From Octopus bimaculoides (lineage: Eukaryota): a stretch of DNA of 48,716 nt. Where the stretch lies: assembly GCF_001194135.2 (NCBI RefSeq), contig NC_068993.1:22590241-22638956 (forward strand). Reading direction: 5' to 3'. The notes under the pieces are model-generated. The model saw nothing but the letters and a program-made list of their open reading frames with translations, did not search any database and was not told the DNA's origin. Of this stretch, positions 27,265 through 39,400 are shown piece by piece (positions within the stretch are counted from its first letter, which is position 1; the number at the start of each line of letters is the position of its first letter). Made by a program: the position numbers and the translations under genes.

Positions 27265-27548
27265 GTAAGGCCTATCATCCCTACAGGATGTGCAAAAAAT
27301 CGTGTTAACTGGAACGACTCATGGACTGAGAAGAGCATTGTCGCTATGAAAACAACATCTATTCATGAATTTATTTATTTATAAATTTTTTTACATACAT
27401 ATTTACCTGTGATTTTGTGTGTGTAAACTGGGAATGCGTACAATGAGCTTCTCTGCCCTAGGTGTACGGTAAACACTCGGCGAGAAATGGAAGAAAATTT
27501 GAAGAAACCAGAAAAAACATAATAATAATAATAATAGAAATAATAATA
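27265..27548 (+). mobile_element. Inverted 3' end of the R4/Dong element: last codons, 3' UTR and (TAA)n tail
   Basis: 27281-27349 reads LQDVQKIVLTGTTHGLRRALSL*, the typical R4/Dong C-terminus. About 170 bp of UTR and TAA repeats (27519-27548) follow. Confidence 0.8.
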
Positions 27549-27657
27549 CCCTGATGCAGTATCAGGCACTGGCTTTCATGGTTTCTTATCTAAACTGATT
27601 AGAAGTGTTATCATGCGCATGTTTTGCCTTGGTATAAATGTTGGTCTACAGCAAATA

Positions 27658-28718
27658 GGCTTCAGAACCTTCTTTTTTATCATTCCTAGAGATCTTACAA
27701 TTACTGGTACGGTAGTCGCCTTGAGATGCCACATATTTTCAATTTGTATTAGCAAGTCTTTATATTTACTGATCTTGTCAAATTCTTTCGCCGCTATATT
27801 GTGATTGTAAGGAATACCCATGTCAATTAATAAACACATCTTTTTTGTCTAATCTTTTATAGTAATATCCGGTTTATTAGCTTTTATAGTTTTGTCGGTA
27901 TGTACGGGTAAGTCCCAGAGAATCGACACATTTTCTCCAATCACAACTTTAGGATGGTGTTTATACCATTTGCAAGCGGTTTTGACTTTATAATGACGAC
28001 ATATTGTCCAGTGTAAATACTGGCCGACTCTGTCATGTCTTGCTTTATATTCTACAGATGCTAAGACTCTACACCCTGAAATTAGGTGGTCTATAGTTTC
28101 AATCTCATCGTTACAGAATCGGCATTTTGGGTCAGCTCCATTTTTTATTACATTGGCTTGGTAGTTCCGGGTTAATAAGCTTTGGTCTTGAGCAGCTAAT
28201 ATGAAACCTTCACTCTCTGCTTTTAGCCCTGAGCTTCGTAACTATTGATGCATGTGTTTCTGGTCGACATCATCTTGTTGGCGACGGGCCACATACTTGC
28301 CCATGCAGAGGTTTCTGTTCCCATCTGCTAGCTAATTTTTCATGTGCTTTTGTCTTTGCGATTAATTTTATTTTCTTTGCAGCAGCAGTTGGCACATTTC
28401 CTTCAGCCTGATCAATCTGGTAGGTATCTAAGAGATCAATAGCGAATTTTTTGCTCTCTTTCAGAATAGAGTGAAGTTTTTTCGGTCTTTCATGTTTTTC
28501 AACAAGTTTTAGCATCCAATCGTTGGATGTTTCAAGGTATTTGGCCATTCCGATTGTCATGGTTTTGCACGTAATTTCAAGCTGGATCAAGCCTCTACCT
28601 CCCTGAGCGCTGGGAAGGTAAAGGCGATCCACGTCTGCCTTTGGATGGTGCAGTAGCTTGTGACATTTTATGGCAATTTTCTTTATTTCACTGGTTTTCC
28701 AGTTAAGCACATCGAAGC
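27658..28718 (-). mobile_element. 5'-truncated R4/Dong-clade non-LTR retrotransposon (RT thumb, CCHC, restriction-like endonuclease)
   Basis: HPKADVDRLYLPSAQGGRGL, CRFCNDEIETIDHLISGC, YKARHDRVGQYLHW, NKPDITIKD, LLIDM, KYKDL and SLGMIKK. Contains stops and frameshifts. Abuts a (TAA)~20 tract at 28719-28779. Confidence 0.92.
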
Positions 28719-28780
<62 letters not shown>

Positions 28781-28959
28781 ATTGTTGCTGTAAGTATTGA
28801 TATCTATTTCACTGACATGATCTTAAGTTAAGCTATCATGTACCACTAACCTGAAACTGATAATATCGTAGACACCCACTTTCGAAAACAGAAGGTATGT
28901 GCTCATGAGAAACAGGAAGAGACGCATCTGACTTGTGCATTATAGCGTAAAACCAATAA

Positions 28960-29230
28960 TTTATAAACCAATGTGACATATAAAGGATAGAAAAGGACAT
29001 ACATATGCAGGGCAGAAAAAGGTTATGTTCCAGAACTACATGTATACAGTTGGACACATGACCCAAAGAAATTAAGCATAATAATCATAATCTGGCAATT
29101 AAGTGAAAGGGCATCCAATAAATATATTAAATGGAAGATTATTGAGTCATCAAAGCCTTACAAGCATGGAAGTAAAAGACATTGTCTTTGCATTGCAGAC
29201 AAACAGCTTAGTTCTAAAAAATCCAGAAAG
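28960..29230 (+). mobile_element. Penelope-like GIY-YIG C-terminal remnant
   Basis: 29126-29204 reads IKWKIIESSKPYKHGSKRHCLCIADK, matching the PLE IKWxI..KAxPY..GSKRCxLC pattern. Confidence 0.65.
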
Positions 29231-30884
29231 TAATGACCTTTAGGTTTTTAATACTTTGTCAGAATCAGAATTTTTAGGGAGGTGAAAATATTTTATGACG
29301 CACTAAGCCGCACCAAATTTACCAGATGAATTTCACTAAACTTTTCTTTTTTTCTTTCTTTACCGTCCTCTGCTATAATTGATATTTGCATTGTTCACAG
29401 TTTTTGTTCTTAATTTTTGATATTTCTTTTCGCTATTTCTGATCTACTTTTGTTTAGTTTTTGCAATAATTCTTGAATTTTCATTGTACTATCTAGGAAC
29501 GAGGACTTTCTACCATCTAAAAATTATTGCATTCTGACAGAATCGAAAATGTTGTTTTTAATCAAATTTTTCTTTGAAAATGTACGACAAAGCACACTTT
29601 GGTTTTCTATATGGTTAGTGATAGGGATCTTGAAGTGATAGTGAACATGAAGTAACCTCGGGGGGAAATTTGAAATTGTATCACTATATACGCACATCAA
29701 ATTGTGTACACACGCTCTAGTGCATATATATTGGTAGATGCATGCTTTAAGTGTGAATGTGTCTTGTTTAAAAGACATACCAACTAAGCATTCTCTCTTC
29801 AATGTGGGGAGGTTTACATGAGGGCTACTGCGATGGCAAATAGTTTCGTTGGTCAAATCATTTGTAAAATGGTCTAAGTAGGACATGCCTAAAACGTTAG
29901 AGCCAGGCCTTATTTCCAGTGTCTTTATACACAGACACACACCCATGTACAAACATCCACCCACACACATACATACAAATTTGTATATATATATTGCTGC
30001 CCCACGTGCATTTTCGACTTTCTGTATCCCAATTTTAACCCAATATTTATTCGATATTGTTCATAGCTTTATCTACTCCCACATTCAACATTTTCCAAAA
30101 GAGTGTATATGTATATANNNNNNNNNNNNNNNNNNNNNNNNNNNNNNNNNNNNNNNNNNNNNNNNNNNNNNNNNNNNNNNNNNNNNNNNNNNNNNNNNNN
30201 NNNNNNNNNNNNNNNNNNNNNNNNNNNNNNNNNNNNNNNNNNNNNNNNNNNNNNNNNNNNNNNNNNNNNNNNNNNNNNNNNNNNNNNNNNNNNNNNNNNN
30301 NNNNNNNNNNNNNNNNNNNNNNNNNNNNNNNNNNNNNNNNNNNNNNNNNNNNNNNNNNNNNNNNNNNNNNNNNNNNNNNNNNNNNNNNNNNNNNNNNNNN
30401 NNNNNNNNNNNNNNNNNNNNNNNNNNNNNNNNNNNNNNNNNNNNNNNNNNNNNNNNNNNNNNNNNNNNNNNNNNNNNNNNNNNNNNNNNNNNNNNNNNNN
30501 NNNNNNNNNNNNNNNNNNNNNNNNNNNNNNNNNNNNNNNNNNNNNNNNNNNNNNNNNNNNNNNNNNNNNNNNNNNNNNNNNNNNNNNNNNNNNNNNNNNN
30601 NNNNNNNNNNNNNNNNNNNNNNNNNNNNNNNNNNNNNNNNNNNNNNNNNNNNNNNNNNNNNNNNNNNNNNNNNNNNNNNNNNNNNNNNNNNNNNNNNNNN
30701 NNNNNNNNNNNNNNNNNNNNNNNNNNNNNNNNNNNNNNNNNNNNNNNNNNNNNNNNNNNNNNNNNNNNNNNNNNNNNNNNNNNNNNNNNNNNNNNNNNNN
30801 NNNNNNNNNNNNNNNNNNNNNNNNATAAGCATACGTATATTTTCACCAAGCCATATTTCAAGTTTACGTAATGTATCTACTTAC

Positions 30885-30938
30885 TGGATCATGAAATATC
30901 CATTCATATGGATTAGACAGCATTGCCAAATTTCGAGC
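30885..30938 (-). CDS. Candidate internal 54-bp exon of a host gene (ARNLAMLSNPYEWIFHDP), possibly an iGluR/ANF-receptor-type amino-terminal domain
   Basis: Acceptor ttgtttctgtttttcttctttatttttcag| and donor CCA|gtaagtag. The length is divisible by 3 and the phase-0 frame is open (one other frame is also open). The peptide resembles the A..L.M....Y.WI motif. The family call is inference. Confidence 0.6.
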
Positions 30939-30994
30939 CTGAAAAATAAAGAAGAAAAACAGAAACAAATAATATTGATAAAATGATGATGAAA

Positions 30995-31056
30995 GTAGCA
31001 ATAGTAGTAGTAGTACCAGCAGTAGCAATAGTAGTAGTAGTAGTAGTAGTAGCAGC

Positions 31057-31096
<40 letters not shown>

Positions 31097-31097
31097 A
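30995..31097. repeat. (TAG)n imperfect trinucleotide repeat
   Basis: Visible directly. It explains the poly-L and poly-T ORFs. Confidence 0.9.
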
Positions 31098-31526
31098 CAA
31101 CAAGAATGATAGTAATGTTCATGATAAAAATCATAAAATATATTTAAACTAAGATCAATAAAGAGAAAAATACGTAAGAGAAAAGAAGTAAACGGCAGTT
31201 AAATTACGATAATGCATAGATAAAGAAATAAAACAATAACAAAAATAAAACAGCTAATAATCAAATAATCAAAAAGTAAACATTTACAAAAATACTCAGA
31301 TTATGTCTATGGTTGTTGACGGTTTCCTTCTCATTGTCGCCATTTTTGTTCTAAATGTGAAAGAAAGTCTTTTCGAATCTATTATCAAATAGTCATTCAT
31401 ACTTTTATGTGTATGCATAAGCACACGATTATAATGTTCGAGTGTTATGCGTAGGCACAAACATACACTTACACGTGCATTTCCACTTATGTATACAAAA
31501 TCTATTTATATGTGCATATACTGTGC

Positions 31527-31571
<45 letters not shown>

Positions 31572-31668
31572 TATACATGTATATATGTATATATGTATAC
31601 ATATATTTGTACACACACACATACACACACACACACACATATATATATATTTACATATATATGTATAC

Positions 31669-31701
<33 letters not shown>

Positions 31702-32100
31702 CATANNNNNNNNNNNNNNNNNNNNNNNNNNNNNNNNNNNNNNNNNNNNNNNNNNNNNNNNNNNNNNNNNNNNNNNNNNNNNNNNNNNNNNNNNNNNNNN
31801 NNNNNNNNNNNNNNNNNNNNNNNNNNNNNNNNNNNNNNNNNNNNNNNNNNNNNNNNNNNNNNNNNNNNNNNNNNNNNNNNNNNNNNNNNNNNNNNNNNNN
31901 NNNNNNNNNNNNNNNNNNNNNNNNNNNNNNNNNNNNNNNNNNNNNNNNNNNNNNNNNNNNNNNNNNNNNNNNNNNNNNNNNNNNNNNNNNNNNNNNNNNN
32001 NNNNNNNNNNNNNNNNNNNNNNNNNNNNNNNNNNNNNNNNNNNNNNNNNNNNNNNNNNNNNNNNNNNNNNNNNNNNNNNNNNNNNNNNNNNNNNNNNNNN

Positions 32101-32133
<33 letters not shown>

Positions 32134-32431
32134 AAGAATCAGGCAAAGAGTTAAATTAATGTGTAGAAAAAAAAAGCCGAAAGTATAAATAAAAAGTGAA
32201 TGCGTTCTATAGAATATTCAAAAACAAGAGCTCATCCATGTAGCTAATATCTGATATTACATTTTTATTCCTAGAAATATTTTACCAATATAACTTTGAG
32301 AGAGAAACGAGAATGGAATATAAAAATATAAAAATAAGAATACGAAAACATGTATGTATGGATGGATGGATGTATGTACGCTATGCTTCTATATGTGTGT
32401 GTGTACACACATACACACACTTGCTCACACA

Positions 32432-32468
<37 letters not shown>

Positions 32469-34138
32469 GCATGCATCACTCAACCAAACGGAGTGAAAAA
32501 ATAAAACAAGTCAGCAAGGCTATGCTATGAAAGGCAAAGAAAGCCAAAACTAAAAGAAATCTGAAAAAGATCACAAATACAACAATGCGTGGACTGTTAT
32601 CCTAAATTTTAAAAAGTTTAATGGAAAGTTCTCTAAATAGCATAGAGATTGTTTCAGGGTAGATGTTTCGAGAAAATCGAAGCTGTATAAAGGAAACGAG
32701 CAAATAAATGCACACGCACACACATACCCAAGCCCACACTCATACATAACTCTTGTACACAAATGTACTCACACGTACGTACATGCATGCATGCTGAAAA
32801 GATATATTTAAAAGAAATAAAAATAAGCCAAAAGTATAAGGCAAAGTTACAATGAAAGCAAGAGAATATTAAAGTGAAAACATCATAACATCCACAAGAG
32901 AACTCTAAAATGTTTTTCTCATTTTTTTTTCTTTTGATGCTTTCTAGAATGAAACAAAAATGCAAAACATGAAGGTGGTGCAATATCTGGGAATGCTGAA
33001 ATGCAATGCGTGAGAGAGGGAGACAACAAGGCGTGGCTGTGAGAGTAAGATGGGAGAGAGAAAACGGATCTAAACGGTATGGTTGAGTTGAGAGTGTGTA
33101 AAATATAAAGCGAATTCTACAGACACTGGACAAAGTGGAAGAGAAACAGAACGGGAGAGAAAAAGATGGATAAAGGGAAAGAAGAGAACAGAAAGTTTGG
33201 AACAGTAAAACGTAAAATGAAAAAGGTTAACAGAGAGAAGAAAAAAGAAAGAGAAACATAAAAAGAGGATATGAGGGGAGAGGGTATGAGTGTGGGAGCG
33301 TGACATGATACATACACACATACATACATACATACACACATACACATATATACATATCCATAAATATACATAAATTAAATGTACCTACACGTGCAGTGAT
33401 GACGATTTGTTTCCTCTTTGTTTTCTTTTGGGCTTTCCTATTTATCCTGTTCCCGAAGAAGAGCTTTGCTCGAAACGTAAAACAACCACTCTTTCTTTCC
33501 TTATCTGAGCGTTGTTGCTTTTTCATGTCTTTTTCTTCGTTTTTTAATTATATATATATATCCATATGTGCGTGTGTGTGTGCATGTGTTTATAGTCGTA
33601 TGTATACATACATATGTTTGTGTGTGTGTACACATGCAGATGTATGCACGTATGCATTCAGTGTTCCCTAAAAGGTTGAATCGATGGAAAATTTACCATA
33701 TATGCAATGTTCCCATCCAGAACTTATCATTTGGACAGATTAATAAGTCCATATTTCTTTAATAACAATGTCACAGGAGGGACATAAAACAAAATGTTAC
33801 AAGCATTATTATCCCGTATCCCATGCAATATAACATTTGCATTCCATGATTGTATAAACTTTCCGTAACAGAAAGGCAACTTCTACTTTCAGATTGAAAT
33901 ATCCTTCGGGAAATATTATGGAAATCATTTTGGACAGTTGTCAAGTGACGAAAATGGTCGATGTCAAACTAAAATATTTCAAAACAACATTTCTCATTCC
34001 GTTTAGAGCATGAATGCAGCTAAGTGGAAGTTCGTGGAGTTATTTACTAATCTAAACAATATTGTCAGCCTTGTGTGGTAATAAAAAGCTTATAAAATAT
34101 TATGCGCGGATTGATAATCTCTCACTAATAACCCTGTT

Positions 34139-34182
<44 letters not shown>

Positions 34183-34192
34183 NNNNNNNNNN

Positions 34193-34225
<33 letters not shown>

Positions 34226-34499
34226 ACACACACATTTATATAAGGGAAAATAGGATAGCTTTTGACAATGTGGTAAGTTTAACAAGACCTTTATATTTCA
34301 TCGCAAAGGACCATCCTCAGAAGAAAAGCAGTCTAGGAAAGTTCCGTTAACCCATTCAAATCCCTCACCATTATGTCAGCAGGAGCAGTCACTCCCCAAA
34401 TATCGGTGCAATTGACTCCCCAAGCGTTGGTGTAAACAAACTTCCAACTGTTGTTGCAGGCAATTCACTATCCATCGGATGATGTGAGGGTGTTATATT

Positions 34500-35980
34500 A
34501 ACGGCAGTAGCAGTCATTCGCCAATTTTTGCCAGCTAATCACGGCCATCACAGAATCTCTAAACCAAGATGAGCGAGAGCTCCTCCGCCTGGGGTTCACA
34601 TTAATCCTAACACAGAAGCTCAATGACAAGTTGAAGCTTGACATCGAGGCCAACTTCCACAGGGCAATATAGAGGCTCAAATGGGCCTCCGGCCACAAGG
34701 CTTCGAAAGACTCTACTACTGAGGGCACTGACCGTTCCTTTCTACAAAACCCTCCCGTCTACCAACCCCGCACCATGGTCCACCAACCACCACCAACCAC
34801 CTATTGGACAGCAAACTCCCTATCCAGTAATAGTCCATTTTAACAATCCTGGCCAAAAATCGCCAACGCTTAAAGACACTGATCACTATATTAAAAAACC
34901 TTAGGGCGAATAACCTGGTCTAACTCTCCCCCGACATCCGCCAGCTACCATCAGTTATAGTCACCAACACACACTTCGATTTCTTGGGCAACATGTATAA
35001 ACAGTGTCCAGGACTGCCTATGAGGTCCAACTTCTCAAGCCTGTTCGCTAATGCTTAGACCGGCTGGAGCGTAGGGCACTCAGTACCTGTCACTCATATA
35101 TCTTTTTCATCAGGTATGAGGGCAATATTCTCATGCTCACCCCATCCAAGGAAATCTCCACTATACTAGAGAATTTCAGAAAGATGGACCAACCTATTAG
35201 CTTTACACTTGAACACCCAGACAGTGATGGTTCCTTCATCTTGCTTGACTTTCGGTTAAGCATCATGGGCGAAGTAAAGATTGACAAGTGTCCTACAGAA
35301 AATCAGCTTGCCGAGACCTCCTCGTCCATTATTAATCCCCCCCCCACTATCAAGGCCAAGATGAAGGCCAAGATGAACTACGTACGTAAAGATATCGCCC
35401 GGATAAATAAAAGATGCAGTGATACACCCGCCGGGACGCACATGTTACTCAATTCCTAGAAGTACTTGAGGCAAATGGATACCCAGAGTCCGTTACGAAC
35501 ACTCTACGAGAACACAGACCACTTAAACGTCGCATGAGGGATCTCTCTAAAACCTACTTCGTGAAGATCTTTCACTCAAATGAGAAGACTACCTCCACCA
35601 TCTACGAGGCTATCCGCAGGGAAGAACTCGACATTATATTGGCCCATTCAGGACCGTCCCTACCTAAACGCCTATCAACGAGGTGGTCACGTGCAGTAGA
35701 ACAGCCCTGTACACTTATGAACAGCCCCATTCGCAACACTAACGTATGCCTACATACCTGCGTAGTATACCAATTACGATGTTCCAAATGCACAAGCTAC
35801 TATATTGGTAGCACAATACGACCACTCTACACCCAAACTAAGAAGCATCTGATTACCAACGCGTCTTCTTTCTGCAAACAGTTGACCAGATGTGGTAACA
35901 AAACCAAGGAGACAAACGCTTCCATACTAGCCTCGGAGAGGCATAGGTATACTGACAATCTACATATAAAATAGTCTTCG
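34500..35980 (+). mobile_element. Decayed Penelope-like element with RT and GIY-YIG endonuclease
   Basis: ITESLNQDERELLRLGFTLILT, YKQCPGLPMRSNFSSLFANA, FFIRYEGNILML (mutated YVDD), SFTLEHPDSDGSFILLDFRL and VVYQLRCSKCTSYYIGSTIRPL (GIY-YIG). Multiple stops and frameshifts. Confidence 0.88.
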
Positions 35981-36224
35981 TTACTATGGCAACAGTCCGG
36001 ATACTTATTGATCAGACTACGTATTTTATATTTCGATTTTAAATAAGCATGATTTTTATAGAAGCAGGATATCCGCATACTTATATTGTTTGTTTAAGCC
36101 AATTAGCATGGCGTAGATCATGCCTAACCTATGAAATTGAGAGAGAGTTAATTGTTTATATCAGCCTCTTTAATCAGCTAATTAACTTTGAATTTTATAC
36201 CCTGATTACAATATCCTTCCAGAT

Positions 36225-36462
36225 GTTTCTTATTTCTTTACTACCCACAAGGGGCTACACACAGAGGGGACAAACAAGGGCAGACATACCGATTAAGTTG
36301 ATTATATTGATCCCAGTGCGTAACTGGTACTTATTTAATCGATCCCGAAAGGATGAAAGGCAAAGTCGACCTCGGCGGAATTTGAACTCAGAACGTAATG
36401 GCAGACGAAATACCGCTAAGCATTTCGCCCGGTGTGCTAACGTTTCTGCCAGCTCGCTGCCT
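36225..36462 (-). mobile_element. SINE family A, young full-length copy with a candidate 16-bp TSD
   Basis: Head, core and tail are intact and closely similar to the head and core of 6312-6525. The direct repeat gtttcttatttcttta occurs at 36225-36240 and 36476-36491. Confidence 0.9.
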
Positions 36463-39400
36463 TTTTTTTTCTAACGTTTCTTATTTCTTTAGTGGAAAGA
36501 AATGCATCTCGTGAACAGTACTTACGTCCAATGATCATAATTTCCTTAAGTTTCTCAAAGCTAGATCCAAGATAAAACTCAGACTTATCTTATTTAACAT
36601 AGAAAGACGCGTATTTGTATATAATTTTGTCGTTATTTTACGTCTTCAAAATTATACTCCATACGCCCAGTAGACGCAAAAATAGTCCCATCGCCATAAC
36701 TGCAAGTTCGATGACTTATGACAACTCTTAAAAATAATAACTATGCATTTAGCTTAGATGTCAATTCTAGCTACAACTCGTGTTAGTCCTACTACCAGTC
36801 CAGTGATCGATCTCATAATTTTTCTCGAACTCTACAGTTTCGGTATCCGTCCTTAGAAAACTAGTAAATCTACAGTTAGCTGACTCTACATGCAAACAAC
36901 CTTCGGGTTTATTCGTTAGATGAATGTTTATGAAAGCTTACCTATCGCATATTTGGACAAACTTGAATGCAGAGTACTTAACATCTGTTACTCATGAGCA
37001 TTCTATCCAGATATGTAGATAATGCCATCAAACTCAATTTCTTTCGTGAAGAGTCAAACAGAATAAATGGTATATCAAATGACGCCGGTGACCAAAGTAA
37101 TCTTGAAAATAGAAAATGTTTAGTTTCAGATTCAAAGTCACAACGACAAGATTCACAACGCTAATTTCGTTGTGAGATACGTGATAAGAAGCATTCTACA
37201 ACCATTTAAAATAATAGCATTTTTATGAAAACATAAAATGTAATGAAGCATATTCTTTTTCTAGAAATAGATGATTTTACAAAAAGCAATGCCATAGTAA
37301 TCTGCTAATCCGAATAATTTTCCATGCTAGTTTTATTTGGTCGATATTAGTAGTAACATATTTAGTTTAATAGATGTGACGTAGTATGGACGTTTAGTAA
37401 TTGATGTACTTCACAGAAATACTATTGCTAATAGAAATTAATCTGATCCGTGTGAATTAACTTGCGATTGTAGAAGTAATAGCTGAAGCCGTGTTTTTAA
37501 ATACAATGTTGGTATTATCTTTATTCCATAATCATGCATTATACAGCAGACTTATTATTAAATCCATCTCAGAAGTAACTAGCCCATGCCTGTTATCCTG
37601 TCCTATAACATCTAGAAGTATATCATTCAATATGTTTCACTTCTTAATATGGTGGAGTATGAAATGAGGGCAATTTGGTTGCTATTTTTACGAAATCAAC
37701 TGACTGTCTTCATGGGTTAGATCGAATATTGCAAAACACTGCAAGATATTTCGTTTAAAATGGGTCAGATTGGAATTGAACTCCTAATATGAAAGATAAA
37801 TCTGCGTGGAATAAACCACTATTCAAATGCATAAAAAGAGATGAAACGTACAAAAACACACCAATGAAGGAAACTCTGTTCGATTAATAGAGTTGTTAGA
37901 AATAGATGTTAATGTACCTCACGCTACATTCTAACGTCTTAAAACCCAATCTAGTCCTAAATATACACAAAAAGACGTGATGGTCAATGTTGAAACTACT
38001 TTAATCGCTGGTTTAATACATTTGTGCAACACACACGCAAACACACACACGCTCACGCGCACACACATATGCATAAGATAGAAGTCAAATAAAAGAATAA
38101 ATAAATCAGACAGACAGGTAACTGGATGGACATGTATAATAATAAAGCTAGTTTTAAGTACTGTAGCATTTTTCTTTGAATCTAAAACCAGTATCGATGA
38201 AGGAAATTCTTGAAGAAATCCATGAAATGTAATTGCTATTTCAAATTGTGACTTCTGATCTGAAAGACGGCCTAAGTGTATGTATACCATTGAAATAACA
38301 TCTATTAGGTTAATTTACATCATTTGACTATTGTTAATATGGGAGAAGAGAAAAAATCACCAAACATAAAATTCTCCAAAATTAGTATTCATATGGCACG
38401 GCACGTTGTATATCGTCTAATTCATGCAAGCGTATCACATCACTCTTGATATTTCTCTTCCTGTAGTGAAGGCAGGAAAATAGAATGAATTGAAACTCTA
38501 CTACTACCTCTTACGTAAAGGTTGCTTTCAATGTAGTGCTATAGAATTCGGAAATTAAGATGTGCAATCATGTTCGAATAATTATATGAGTAGATTCCGA
38601 TTATTGAGGAAGTGAGTGTTCATTTTGCGTTGTAAATGATGATAACGAATACGTTTTAAGAGATAAGGACGGATATATTGTTAGTCTGATGGTAGCCTGG
38701 GAAAGACTGCATGTAAATTTTGAAGACACGTGAGCTGGGTAGGTGTGGGATGGATGTGGAAGGATGTAGTTATTTATGATTTTCGAAATTGAATTGTGTT
38801 GTGTCAGAATGTGAAATAGTTCTAATAATATAAAATGCACGTTATGCCAATTTGATTATATGCTGACCTTATAATAATACTCATACTATTCCTTTCCTGT
38901 CCTGAAATTTTAAATTTGGTTTGAGAGCAGGATTTTAACCTAATGGTAAATAGTCTACTTAACGGGAACTTTTTTCCATACTTTGGTTTAAACGAAAAAT
39001 ATTTAGGAGTCCTTTTTCTTTCTTTATCAGGGACAGTGCAAATATTAAGGAAATGCTATAAGTCAATGAAATTTTGTTAGTTAGCTGACACTTTATGGAT
39101 TTAACCAGCTGCGATTTTCCCATGGTATGTATTATTGGCAGTGAAAATCAATGGTACACATATGCATATTTTCATCTTCATATATAGAATAGACTTCTTA
39201 GTGAGTGCTAATTAATTCTGATTTTTGTCTTCTGACGTCACTCAACATGCCATTATACAGCGGGAATTAAGCAAGATACGCGTTTGATAGTTACCATAAA
39301 AAAACTTTAGAATATATTTTCTCTGATGTAATTCAGGTTACAGAATATAAGCAGCTGATGAATTGACGCAGTCTAAGAAATGTCTTCACAATTTTCCTTG

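Noticed and set aside
31288-31350. 63-bp open phase-0 segment (NKNGDNEKETVNNHRHNLSIF) just upstream of the candidate exon
   Set aside because: The donor (gtaaat) is weak and the peptide does not fit the expected domain context.
34280-34325. CTGAGGA...GAAA hammerhead-like core, antisense and upstream of the PLE
   Set aside because: Stems I and II do not pair.
36942-37101. Strong minus-strand acceptor and donor around 160 bp
   Set aside because: All three frames are closed over the full length. Shorter variants need weak sites and give no recognisable peptide.
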